Assembly (NCBI GenBank): GCA_963749075.1
Contig: CAVVLJ010000016.1
Span: forward strand, 928,001 to 992,000
Reading direction: 5' to 3'
DNA from: an uncultured Pseudomonadota bacterium
GTDB taxonomy: Bacteria > Pseudomonadota > Alphaproteobacteria > JACZXZ01
Length of the DNA: 64,000 bases
Positions 1-9,011 of this stretch are shown piece after piece. The notes below the pieces were generated by a model. That model did no database searches and had not been told where the DNA came from. It saw only the letters and a list, made by a program, of their open reading frames with translations. Numbering within the stretch: position 1 is the first letter of the stretch; every line of letters starts with the position of its first letter. Made by a program: the position numbers and the translations under genes.

Positions 1-1359
1 GCGCATGAGCGCTATGGCATGCTTGAGCGCGGCCGCCGTCGCCCCAAGCTCGGCGTCGCCGTGGCTCGCCGAGATGAGGCCGCCGGGCCGGCCGTTGAGG
101 TCGACGCCGCCGAGCAGCATGGCGAGGCGCAGCTTCTGGGCGAGCCCGGGCGGGTTGCGCACGAGCTCGAGCGGATCGTGCGTCAGGGGATCGAGCCGCC
201 CCGGCTCGAGCGGCCGGCTGCCGCCGCCGAGGCAGAAGTAGAAGCCGCTGAAGCTGCCGAAGACGGCCCAGGGCACGCGCTCCTCGGCGAGCACCTCGTT
301 GAGGCGGCGGCGCAGCGTCTCGCCATAGGCGTTGGCGCGCGCGCAGGCATCCGTCGCAGCGACGATGCCGAGCGTCGCGATGCCGGCCGCGGCCGAGACG
401 GGATTGGCGTTGAAGGTGCCCTGGTGGGCGATCTTCTCGTGGCCTTTGGCCTTGGCGGCCTCGAAGTCGAGCTCGTCGAGGATGTCCTTGCGACCGACGA
501 CGGCGCCGCCCGGGAGCCCGCCCGCGAGGATCTTGGCGAAGGTCGCGAGGTCGGGTATGACGCCGAAATGCGCCTGGGCGCCGCCGGGTGCTATGCGGAA
601 GCCGGTCACCACCTCGTCGAAGACGAGAAGGGCGCCGGACGCCGCGGTGGCCTCGCGCAGGATCTCGAGCGTGCCGGGCCTGAGCGGCCCGTTGCCGAAG
701 CTGGCACCGGTCGGCTCGAGGATGACGGCCGCGATGTCGCGGTCGGCCTCGATCGCACGCCGCATGGCCTCCGGGTCGTCGGGCCGCAGGAGCACGACGT
801 GGCGGGCGACCTCCTCGAGCACGCCCGCGGTCGGCGTGCCGTCGAAATGCGCGGCGTAGCCCGAGGTCATGTGATCGTGCCAGCCGTGGAAATGGCCCAT
901 GAGACGGGCGATCTTGCGGCGGCCCGTGAAGGCGCGCGCGAGACGGAGCGCCATCAACGTCGCCTCGGTGCCGGACGAGGTGAAGCGCAGGCACTCGGCG
1001 CACGGCACCAGGCGCTTCACCGCCTCGGCCCAGCGGATCTCGAGAGTGTGGTTGGCGCCGAAATGGCTGCCGCGATCGAGTGCGGCGTGCACGGCCGCGA
1101 TGACGTCCGGATGGTTGTGGCCGAGCAGCAACGCGCCGTGGCCGCCGAAGTAATCGACGTACTCGTTGCCGTCCACGTCCCATTTGCGCGGACCCTTGGC
1201 GTGATCGACATAGATGCCGTAGGGCGAGAGGTTGCGGCTGTCGTGCGTGATGCCGCTCGGGAAATGGCCGCGCGCTTCTAGGGCGAGCCGCGCCGAGCCG
1301 GGCGTGCGCTCGCGATAGGCGGCGATGATCCTGGAATTGGTCAGGCCGGCGTCGGGCAT
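1..1359 (-). CDS. Class III PLP aminotransferase (glutamate-1-semialdehyde aminomutase-like); 3' end runs off the window
   Basis: Manual minus-strand translation from ATG at 1359: MPDAGLTNS...WDVDGNEYVDY...FTSSGTEA...HFHGWHD...LLVFDEVVTGFR...PDLATFAKILAGG...HQGTFNANP. Missing from the ORF track because there is no stop inside the window. Confidence 0.9.
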   Translation of the reverse strand, partial: MPDAGLTNSRIIAAYRERTPGSARLALEARGHFPSGITHDSRNLSPYGIYVDHAKGPRKWDVDGNEYVDYFGGHGALLLGHNHPDVIAAVHAALDRGSHFGANHTLEIRWAEAVKRLVPCAECLRFTSSGTEATLMALRLARAFTGRRKIARLMGHFHGWHDHMTSGYAAHFDGTPTAGVLEEVARHVVLLRPDDPEAMRRAIEADRDIAAVILEPTGASFGNGPLRPGTLEILREATAASGALLVFDEVVTGFRIAPGGAQAHFGVIPDLATFAKILAGGLPGGAVVGRKDILDELDFEAAKAKGHEKIAHQGTFNANPVSAAAGIATLGIVAATDACARANAYGETLRRRLNEVLAEERVPWAVFGSFSGFYFCLGGGSRPLEPGRLDPLTHDPLELVRNPPGLAQKLRLAMLLGGVDLNGRPGGLISASHGDAELGATAAALKHAIALMR

Positions 1360-1740
1360 GGCAGCGTCACCTCGGCTTCAAGCGAGTTTGCGGCGCGATC
1401 TTAGTCTCCCCGATCGCCGGCGCGCGAGCGGCGATTTCGCGCGCATCCCCTGCGAATCCCGCGGCCGCCGAGCGAGGGGCACCCGCGGAGCGGTCGGTCC
1501 GAGTTCATACGCGGTACGCATGTTGTATAATTTTTTGTGTCACCAGATTGACTCGTTCAATTGCGAAATTAGCGTTAGATACCAATGCGCCCCTGGCGAG
1601 CGACGGGCTGCGCCTCTAACTCGCGTGAATGTTTTGCACACGAAGCTGGAGAACTCATCGATTGTCAGCGGGCAAAAACGCGCTTAACTCCATGGCCTGA
1701 GATGGCACCGCGCAAGCGAGGAGAGCGAAGGAGAGGGACG

Positions 1741-2577
1741 ATGGATACGCTGTTGGAGGCAAGGGCGAAGTCCGTGACCGCGAGCTTGAACTACCTGGCG
1801 CCGATGGCCGAAAGCCCGGTCAGCTACACCTTCGAGCCGCCGCCGGGAACGCCGTGGCGCACCGGGGAATCCGCTCCGCATTGGGTGCAGATCACGGATG
1901 GGCGCCCCTTCGCGGACCGCCTGTCCTTGGACCTGAACGGTTTCGCCTTGGTCCGCGACGTGAGCGCCGTCGCCGATTTCCATGACGAGCGCGCGCTGCG
2001 GGCGGTCTATTTGCCAGAGGCCGAGCGGCTGGTGCGCGAGGTGACCGGGGCCAGGCGCGTGATCGCCTTCGATCACAATCTGCGCCACGGCGAAAGTCCC
2101 GACGGGGGTGCCAATGGAATCAAGCCGCCGGTCAAGCGCGTGCACAACGACTTCACCGTGCGCTCCGGACCGCGCCGCGCCGCCGACGAGATCGCGGCGC
2201 GCGGCGAGCAGCCGAGCGAGGCGCTCAAGGGCCGCTTCGCCATCGTCAACGTGTGGCGCCCGATCCGCGGCCCGGTCGAGGAACAGCCGCTCGCCGCCTG
2301 CGATGCGCGCAGCATAGCGCCCGCCGATCTCGTGCGCGCCGATCTGGTCTATCGCGACCGCGTGGGCGAGACCTATTCGGTCACCTTCAATGCGGCGCAC
2401 CGCTGGTTTTATTTTCCCCGCATGACGCGCGACGAGGCGCTCCTCATCAAGGTCTTCGATTCCGCCGAGGACGGCCGCGCCCGCTTCAGCGCCCACAGCG
2501 CCTTCGAGGATCCCGCGACGCCGCCCGGCGCCGCACCGCGCGAGAGCATCGAGGTGCGCACGCTCGCGATCTTCTAG
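1741..2577 (+). CDS. CmcJ/NvfI-family oxidoreductase
   Basis: VHNDFT, RFAIVNVWRPIRGPV, PLAACDARS, HRWFYFPRM, AHSAFEDP and RESIEVR motifs typical of this family; purine-rich RBS before ATG 1741. Confidence 0.8.
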   Translation: MDTLLEARAKSVTASLNYLAPMAESPVSYTFEPPPGTPWRTGESAPHWVQITDGRPFADRLSLDLNGFALVRDVSAVADFHDERALRAVYLPEAERLVREVTGARRVIAFDHNLRHGESPDGGANGIKPPVKRVHNDFTVRSGPRRAADEIAARGEQPSEALKGRFAIVNVWRPIRGPVEEQPLAACDARSIAPADLVRADLVYRDRVGETYSVTFNAAHRWFYFPRMTRDEALLIKVFDSAEDGRARFSAHSAFEDPATPPGAAPRESIEVRTLAIF

Positions 2578-2590
2578 GCGAGTGCTGCGC

Positions 2591-3505
2591 CTAATCGCGC
2601 TCCTCGAAGTTGGCGCCGAAGTCCGCCGGCACCGCCGGGCCCCAGCGGTAGAGCGCGTCCTCCGCGGGGTAATCGGTGGCGCGCCAGGAGCTGTCGGGCG
2701 GGATCTGGTCGATGTCGCAGAAATATTCGGCCAGGCTGTTCCAGGGATCGCGCACGTAATGGAAGAAGTTCGAGCCGATGACGTGCCGGCCGAAGCCCCA
2801 GCCGTTCTTGTAGCCGGCCTCGAGCACGGTCTTGGCACCCATGCCGATGTGGTCGATCGAGGACACCTCGAAGCTCGCGTGGTGGAAGCCGGGGCGCTCG
2901 TCGCTCAAGAGCGCCACCACGTGGTGGTCGCCGCCGCCCGGCAGATGCATGAAGGCGATGATCGGGCCGCAGCGGTCGGAGAGCCGCATGCCGAGCACCT
3001 CGCCGTAGAAGCGGATCATCTCGTCGAGCCGCGGCGTATGGAGCAGCACGTGCCCCAGCCGGTGCGGCTGCACGGCCGTCTTGGCGGGACATCCGCAGGC
3101 GCCGACGCGGCCGTAATGGCCGGGCGTGTTGAGGGCGACGGCGGCCGCCGTGCGCGCCGGCTTGGCCGCCTCGGCGCGCACGTTGACGGCGTTGCCGTCC
3201 GGGTCCCTGAGCCAGATGCCGCGGCCGAAGGCGTTGTGCGGCGCGTTGCCCTCGGCGATGCCGTGCCGCGCCATGCGCGCACGCACGTCCTCGAGGCCCG
3301 CGCGGTCGGAGCCGAAGCGCAGATGGTTGAGGCGCTTCCTCTTGCCCTCGACGAGATGGACCTGGTCCTGCTCGCGCCCGGCGCAGCGGAAGGCAAGCGC
3401 GTTCTCCCGCTCCTCGGCCAAGAGGCCGAAGGTCGTGTAGAAGCGGCGGCCCGCCTCGAGGTCCGGCACGGTGAGCGCATAGCTCAAGAGCGACTGCACG
3501 GTCAT
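2591..3505 (-). CDS. Two-domain VOC-family protein (extradiol dioxygenase/glyoxalase-like)
   Basis: RLGHVLL, DHHVVAL, FHHASFEV, WGFGRHVIGSNFFHYVRDPWNSLAEY; GAGGAG RBS upstream of ATG 3505. Confidence 0.85.
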   Translation of the reverse strand: MTVQSLLSYALTVPDLEAGRRFYTTFGLLAEERENALAFRCAGREQDQVHLVEGKRKRLNHLRFGSDRAGLEDVRARMARHGIAEGNAPHNAFGRGIWLRDPDGNAVNVRAEAAKPARTAAAVALNTPGHYGRVGACGCPAKTAVQPHRLGHVLLHTPRLDEMIRFYGEVLGMRLSDRCGPIIAFMHLPGGGDHHVVALLSDERPGFHHASFEVSSIDHIGMGAKTVLEAGYKNGWGFGRHVIGSNFFHYVRDPWNSLAEYFCDIDQIPPDSSWRATDYPAEDALYRWGPAVPADFGANFEERD

Positions 3506-3623
3506 GGCGTCCTCCTCGCCGCGCCGAGCGGCGCGGATGGCGCCATTCTCCCCCATCTCGCGAGCGAGGCCAATCGCAAAGGCGCGGCCGGCGCCCCCGG
3601 CGCCGTGACGCTCGCGGGAGGTC

Positions 3624-3944
3624 TCACTTGATGGGCGAGAAGGCGGTCGGCACCATGATCTTGCTCTCCTGCGACTGCAAGGCGGCGAGCTCGCCGTTGC
3701 GCTTGAGGAAATCCGCCCACTCCGGGTCCTTCGCCATCTCGGCGCGGCGGCGCTGGCGCTCGTCGAGGCTGTCATAGGACCAGATGTGCACGACCTGGTT
3801 GAGCGGCCCGATCTCGCTCACGAAGAAGCCGACGAGTCCGCCGAGGTGCTTGAGCTGCACCGGCAGCCCGTAGCGCTCATAGAGCTCGAGCCACGGGCGC
3901 AGCTTGTGGGGGTTGAGCGTATAGGTGCGGTGGTCGATGATCAC
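3624..3944 (-). CDS. NIPSNAP family protein
   Basis: DHRTYTL...GFFVSEIGPLNQVVHIWSYDSLDERQRRR...PTAFSP; GTG start with GGGAGG RBS. Confidence 0.9.
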   Translation of the reverse strand: MIIDHRTYTLNPHKLRPWLELYERYGLPVQLKHLGGLVGFFVSEIGPLNQVVHIWSYDSLDERQRRRAEMAKDPEWADFLKRNGELAALQSQESKIMVPTAFSPIK

Positions 3945-3962
3945 GTGAGCCTCCCTGGGCGC

Positions 3963-5219
3963 CTAAGGCCGCCAGCCTTTCATCGGCCATTGGATCGGGG
4001 CCAGCGCGGCATCCTCCGGCCATACCGCCACGTAGCCCTTGCCGTGGAGCTGGATGAGGTAGGTGGCGGCCTCGATGTTCTGGCCCGTCTTGTCGAACTT
4101 GACGCCGCGATAGCCCATCATGAGCTGCGCGGGCTTGAGGTCGGTCGCGGCGAGGGCGGCCTGGATCTTGGCGGGCTCGGTCGAGCCGGCGCGATCGATG
4201 GCGTCGGCCAGCACGAGGAAGCCCTCCATGTCGCGCCCGCTCGTGTCGTCGAGATCGCGGCCGGTCTTGGCCTTGTACATCTCGTTGATGCGGTAGGTGG
4301 CGCTGCCGGGCTTGCCGATCGTCCACGCGCTGCGGTTCATGACGCCCTGCGAGATGCCGCCGACGCCCGGGATGAAGGACGGATCCGAGAAGCCGGTGTC
4401 GTCGCCGATGATCATGGGCGGCAGATAGTTGAGCTCCTTCATCGTGCGCATATAGAGGATGGCGTCGGAGGTGTAGCTCACGAAGATCACCACGTCGGGG
4501 TTCTTCTCCTTGAGCTGCAGTATCTGCGGCGAGACGTTGGCCGCGTTGGCGCTGTAGGGAATGCGCGCCGCCACCTTGAAGCCGTGCGCCTTCGCCGCCT
4601 GCTCCACGGAATCGGCGACCGAGGTGCCGTAGTCCGTGTTCTCGTTGACGATGGCGATGCTGTCGACCTTGTGCCCGGCCTTCTGCATGTCGGGGAGGAA
4701 GCGCATATAGGCCTCGGCGTAGTCCGACGCGATCGGCGTCACGCGGTAGACCCATTTGAAGCCGCGGCCGGTGATGTTGAGGGCCGCCGAATCGCCCACC
4801 ACGAAGGGAATGCCGTAGCGCTCGGCGACGGCGGTCGCGGTGAGCGTCACCGAGGATTGATAGGCGCCGAAGAGCGCGTTCACGTTCTCCTGGGTGACGA
4901 GGCGGATGGCCTGGGTCTGGCCCACCTGCGGGTCGCCCTGGTGATCGACGAAGAGGGGCGCGATCTTGGCATGGCCGAGCCCGGGGAGGCCGGCCTCCGC
5001 GGCGAGCGGCAGCCCGTTGAGCTCGGGGTGCGCGTTGTTGATGACGTCGATCGCCACTTCGATTGCGGCCTTCTCCGCCTGGCCGGCCGCACCCGCATTG
5101 CCGCTCAAGGGCAACAGGATGCCGACCTTCACCGGCTGCTGCGCGCTGGCTGGCGACGCCGCCGCGATGGCGATGGCGAAGAGGGGGGCGGCCGCGACGG
5201 CCGCGAGAAGCTTTTTCAT
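3963..5219 (-). CDS. ABC transporter substrate-binding protein, branched-chain amino acid (LivJ-like) family
   Basis: Signal peptide MKKLLAAV...ASA-QQ, VKVGILLPLSG, GAYQSSVT, ENTDYG; GGAG RBS. Confidence 0.9.
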   Translation of the reverse strand: MKKLLAAVAAAPLFAIAIAAASPASAQQPVKVGILLPLSGNAGAAGQAEKAAIEVAIDVINNAHPELNGLPLAAEAGLPGLGHAKIAPLFVDHQGDPQVGQTQAIRLVTQENVNALFGAYQSSVTLTATAVAERYGIPFVVGDSAALNITGRGFKWVYRVTPIASDYAEAYMRFLPDMQKAGHKVDSIAIVNENTDYGTSVADSVEQAAKAHGFKVAARIPYSANAANVSPQILQLKEKNPDVVIFVSYTSDAILYMRTMKELNYLPPMIIGDDTGFSDPSFIPGVGGISQGVMNRSAWTIGKPGSATYRINEMYKAKTGRDLDDTSGRDMEGFLVLADAIDRAGSTEPAKIQAALAATDLKPAQLMMGYRGVKFDKTGQNIEAATYLIQLHGKGYVAVWPEDAALAPIQWPMKGWRP

Positions 5220-5299
5220 GTCTCCTCCCAAAATCTGCATCCCCGGGTTTGACCCTCGGGGCTGAGCCCTTGACCGGGCGCTGGGGCCTGACTAGCCTC

Positions 5300-5317
5300 T
5301 GGTCAGATGTCCGGCCA
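5300..5317. promoter_or_regulatory. Putative FadR/PdhR-type operator
   Basis: Imperfect palindrome TGGTCAGA-TG-TCCGGCCA between the divergent SBP and FadR-family genes; resembles the TGGTC..GACCA operators of this subfamily. Confidence 0.45.
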
Positions 5318-5387
5318 CTTTTTCCATGCTACAAGGCTGGGCGCGCGCGATCAAGTGGCGCGCGGCCGGTGCAGAGGAGGGATGGAC

Positions 5388-6131
5388 ATGGCGACATCAG
5401 AGCGCCGCGCGCGCCCCGTCTTCGCGCCGCTGAAGACGGTGCGCAAATCGGACGAGGTCTACGGGCAGATCTACGGCCTGATCAAGCGGGGCCGCCTGCC
5501 GCTCGGCAGCAAGCTGCCGGCGGAGCGCGAGCTCGCCGCCAAGTTCAACGCCAGCCGGCAGACCGTGCGGGAGGCGCTCTACCGCGCCGAGCTCGTCGGC
5601 ATCCTCGAGGTGCGCCATGGTGCCGGGAGCTTCGTCGTCTCGGCGAGCGAGCAGGCGCCGGCCGGCGCCTCACTTGCCGGCCTGATCGCGAAGGAGGCCG
5701 GCCGCATCAACGAGTTCCTCGAGCTGCGCCGGCTCATCGAAGGGTGGTGCGTGGCGCGGGCCGCGGAGTGCGCCACGGCCGCCGACCTCAAGGCGCTCTG
5801 GCGCCTGCTCGAGCGCATGCGCAGCCTCGATCTTGCCGATCCCGAATGGGAGGCCAACGACATCGAGTTCCATCTCACCATCGCGCGCGCGACCGGCAAT
5901 CCGCTCGTCGTGCGCATGATGGGGCTCTTGCGCGAGAGCTTCGCCGCCTTCTACCGCCTGAAGCGCATCATCCCGAGCAAGGAGGAGCAGCGGCTGGTGT
6001 GGCGGCTCCACTGGGAGCTTTACGACGCCATCCGCAAGCGGGCACCCGAGCGGGCGCGAAAGAGCGTCTTGGCGCACATGGACTTCATCGCGGAGAAGTT
6101 CAAGGAAAGCGTTGCGGACATCGACGATTGA
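5388..6131 (+). CDS. GntR/FadR-family transcriptional regulator
   Basis: wHTH KLPAERELAAKFNASRQTVREAL...RHGAGSFV; FCD domain DIEFHLTIARATGN; GGAGG RBS 7 nt before ATG 5388. Confidence 0.92.
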   Translation: MATSERRARPVFAPLKTVRKSDEVYGQIYGLIKRGRLPLGSKLPAERELAAKFNASRQTVREALYRAELVGILEVRHGAGSFVVSASEQAPAGASLAGLIAKEAGRINEFLELRRLIEGWCVARAAECATAADLKALWRLLERMRSLDLADPEWEANDIEFHLTIARATGNPLVVRMMGLLRESFAAFYRLKRIIPSKEEQRLVWRLHWELYDAIRKRAPERARKSVLAHMDFIAEKFKESVADIDD

Positions 6132-6144
6132 GTAGGAGGAGCGC

Positions 6145-6903
6145 ATGAGTGCGGCGGGACGGGCGGAGAACATGTGCGCTCTAGTGACGGGCGGCGGCCG
6201 CGGCATCGGCGCCGCGATAGCACTCCGGCTCGCCGCCGAAGGGGCCAAGGTCACGATCTTGGGGCCGCACGGCGAGACGCTCGCCAACACCGTAGCCGAG
6301 GCCCGCCGGCAAGGCCGCGAGATGGACCCCCTCATCGGCGACGTGACGGTCGAGGCGGACGTGAAGCGCACGGTCGAGAAGATCGTCGGCAAGCACGGCC
6401 GCATCGACATCCTGGTGAACAACGCCGGCGCCTCGCGCTCGAAGCCCTTTTTCGAGAAGACGCGCGGCGACTGGCTCGCCGCCCTCGAGATCAATCTCAT
6501 AGCCCCTTTCCTCTGCGCCCAGGCCGCCGGCCGGCACATGGTGAAGGCGAAATTCGGCAAGATCGTCAACATCACCTCGGTGCGCGGCGTCGAGCACTGC
6601 GGCCGCGAGGGCGTCATCGACTATTCCGCCGCCAAGGCCGCCATGGTGAGCTTCACCAAGACGCTCGCCAAGGAATTTGCACCGCACGTCAACGTCAATG
6701 CCGTCGCCCCCGGCCATACCAATACGGATCTCCTGAAGACCGTGCCCGAGGAGGTGAAGGCGGCCATGCTGGCCGGCACCTATCTCAAGCGCTTTGCCGA
6801 GCCCGCCGACATCGCGAACGCGGTGCTCTTCCTCTCCTCGCGCGAGGCCGACTTCATCACCGGCCAGCATCTCGTGGTGGACGGCGGCTTCTCGCTCAAA
6901 TAG
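6145..6903 (+). CDS. SDR family oxidoreductase (FabG-like)
   Basis: TGGGRGIG, NNAG, YSAAK, ITGQHLVVDGG. Confidence 0.92.
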   Translation: MSAAGRAENMCALVTGGGRGIGAAIALRLAAEGAKVTILGPHGETLANTVAEARRQGREMDPLIGDVTVEADVKRTVEKIVGKHGRIDILVNNAGASRSKPFFEKTRGDWLAALEINLIAPFLCAQAAGRHMVKAKFGKIVNITSVRGVEHCGREGVIDYSAAKAAMVSFTKTLAKEFAPHVNVNAVAPGHTNTDLLKTVPEEVKAAMLAGTYLKRFAEPADIANAVLFLSSREADFITGQHLVVDGGFSLK

Positions 6904-6987
6904 CGGCCGGCGCGGTTATTGATCGGCGGCGGGCTTTGGCCTATTGCTGGGCGCGTGCGAGCAAGCGCGTCTGCAAGGAGGAGCGCC

Positions 6988-8130
6988 ATGCCGTTCGATC
7001 TCGCCCCCGCCGAGCCTGCGGCGATGGGTCTCCGTCCCCAGGCCCTCGAGCGCCTGGTCCGCATCATCGAAGGGCACATCGCGGCGAGCCGCTATCCCGG
7101 CGCCCAGATAGCACTTGCGCGCCACGGCAAGCTGGCGCTTTTCCGCACCTTCGGCCATGCGCAGCTGGCGCCCGAGCGCACGGCCGCGCGGCCGGACACG
7201 CTCTGGCTCCTCTATTCCAACACCAAGGTGATCACCGCGGCGGCGGTGTGGCTGCTCGTCGAGGAGGGTGCCCTCACCTTCCACGACCGCATCGCGGACC
7301 ACGTGCCCGAGTTCGCCCGCCACGCCAAGGGCGAGATCACGCTGCTCCAGCTCCTCACCCATCAGGCCGGCTTCCCGAGTGCTGCGATGCCGATGCCGTC
7401 CGCCGCCTGGGAGGATCACGATCTCCTGCGCAAGCTGGTGTGCGACTTCACGCTCGAATGGGCGCCGGGCTCGCGCGTCCACTACCACGCGGCCGCGGCG
7501 CACTGGACGGCGGCCGTGCTCATCGAGGCGGTGGCCATGATGGACTACCGCCAATTCATCCGCAGCCGCGTGATCGAGCCGCTCGGCCTCGCGCGCGAGC
7601 TCTACGTCGGCCTGCCGGAGGCCGAGGGCGCGCGCGCCGCCGTGATGCACATGCCGGAGGCCGACGGGACTGCGCAAACCCCCATGGCCGACGAGAACAC
7701 CCCTGCCTTCCGCCGCGCCGGCATCCCCGGCGGCGGCGGTTATGCCACCGCGCGCGCCATGGCGGCCTTCTACCAGATGCTGGCGGCGGGGGGCCGCCTC
7801 AACGGTACCCGGCTCTTCTCGCCGCGGATGGTGCAGTACGTCACGCGCAACTTCACCGGCGACCGGCCCGACGGCTACATGGGCATGCCCATGCACCGGG
7901 GCCTGGGACCTCACTCGCGCGGCACCACGCCGGGCATCCGCGGCCTCGGCTCGATCGCCTCGCCCTCGACCTTCGGCCACGGCGGGGTGGGCTCGTCCTA
8001 TTGCTGGGCCGATCCCGAGACCGGCGTCTCCTTCGCCTATCTCACTAACAGCCGCGTGCCCGACCCCTGGCACTCGCGCCGCCTCGACATCGTGTCGAGC
8101 GCGGTGCACGCGGCGATCGAGGACGCGTGA
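6988..8130 (+). CDS. Serine hydrolase, beta-lactamase/class C esterase family
   Basis: SxxK (YSNTK), LLTHQAG, FGHGG; AGGAGG RBS before ATG 6988. Confidence 0.88.
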   Translation: MPFDLAPAEPAAMGLRPQALERLVRIIEGHIAASRYPGAQIALARHGKLALFRTFGHAQLAPERTAARPDTLWLLYSNTKVITAAAVWLLVEEGALTFHDRIADHVPEFARHAKGEITLLQLLTHQAGFPSAAMPMPSAAWEDHDLLRKLVCDFTLEWAPGSRVHYHAAAAHWTAAVLIEAVAMMDYRQFIRSRVIEPLGLARELYVGLPEAEGARAAVMHMPEADGTAQTPMADENTPAFRRAGIPGGGGYATARAMAAFYQMLAAGGRLNGTRLFSPRMVQYVTRNFTGDRPDGYMGMPMHRGLGPHSRGTTPGIRGLGSIASPSTFGHGGVGSSYCWADPETGVSFAYLTNSRVPDPWHSRRLDIVSSAVHAAIEDA

Positions 8131-8194
8131 GGGGAGGGGGAAGCTGCTTTAGCTCGCGGCCGGGGCTAGTACGAGGAATCATTGGCGCGTAGCC

Positions 8195-8263
8195 CACCCC
8201 CCTCCCTAACCCTCCCCCTTGAAGGGGGCTCGAGCCGCGAAGCGGATCGAGGGGGAGGGGGTG
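8195..8263. repeat. REP-like GC-rich palindromic element
   Basis: CACCCCCCTCCC...CCCTCCCCCTTGAAGGGGG...GAGGGGGAGGGGGTG nested stem-loops between convergent genes. Confidence 0.55.
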
Positions 8264-8287
8264 ACGCTCGTCGCAATGATCGTGAGT

Positions 8288-8865
8288 CTAGCGAGCTTCC
8301 GTCCAGCTCTCGGAGAACGCCAGCGCGCAGGTGCTGAATGGCCGGCCTTCGCGCTCCCTTGGCCATGGCCGGCCCGCTGCCTCGATGCCGTTACGCGACA
8401 GGCGGGCGGCAAGCGCGGATAGCAGAACGGTGCACACCCCGTAAGGACGTCCCGGCGCCGCGTTGGGCTGCGTGTGGATCAGCAAGGGCTCGCCGATTTC
8501 ATACCATGTGAGGGTGATCTCGTCGTCCCGTGCTGCCACCCGCTCGGTCCAGAAATAGCGCGGATCGCCCGACTTGGTGAACTGGGCGTCGAGCACCGGG
8601 ATTGCCGCGTCTCTCGTCTCGGCATTGAGCATGCCCTGGACGGTCGCTTGCAGCCAACGCGCCATGGCAATGTTGTCGGAGTAGATGCGCCAGCGATTCT
8701 CCGTCAGCTCGCTCTTGAGATAGAGAACGTGCCCCGGTCCGGCCGGGCAAAAGATGATGCGACAGAAGCTCGCGTCGGTCTTGTTGGCGTCGCGTCCTTC
8801 TCGCTCAGCCGTATGAAGGGGTTTTCACCCGTTAGGATCAGGCGGTTGGAGTCCGCGATGCTCGT
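8288..8865 (-). pseudogene. Frameshifted hypothetical protein gene (about 192 aa if repaired)
   Basis: GGAGG RBS followed by ACG (not ATG) at 8865, reading SIADSNRLILTGENPFIRLSEKD. A one-base loss near 8793 switches to the frame DANKTDASFCRIIFCPAGPGHVLYLKSELTENRWRIYSDNIAMARWLQ...SESWTEAR*. Confidence 0.6.
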
Positions 8866-9011
8866 GGCGTAAACCTCCGGTCCATCACAGGATTGCCGCC
8901 TCCGGACGGGGAGGCCGAAGTCCCCGCCTCGCGGCAATCATGCTCGCTTCCGAGCCCGTAGGCTACCGCGTTGCAGGAGGGGAAAGGATAGCGGAGCCAG
9001 GGCCCGCGAGC

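Noticed and set aside
19-1281. 420-aa plus-strand ORF, and similar long ORFs such as 9297-11114 +, 23479-25362 +, 29656-31290 +, 50830-52644 - and 61388-63994 -
   Set aside because: Antisense shadows of clear genes; stop codons are rare on the opposite strand of high-GC coding DNA, and the products have no motifs
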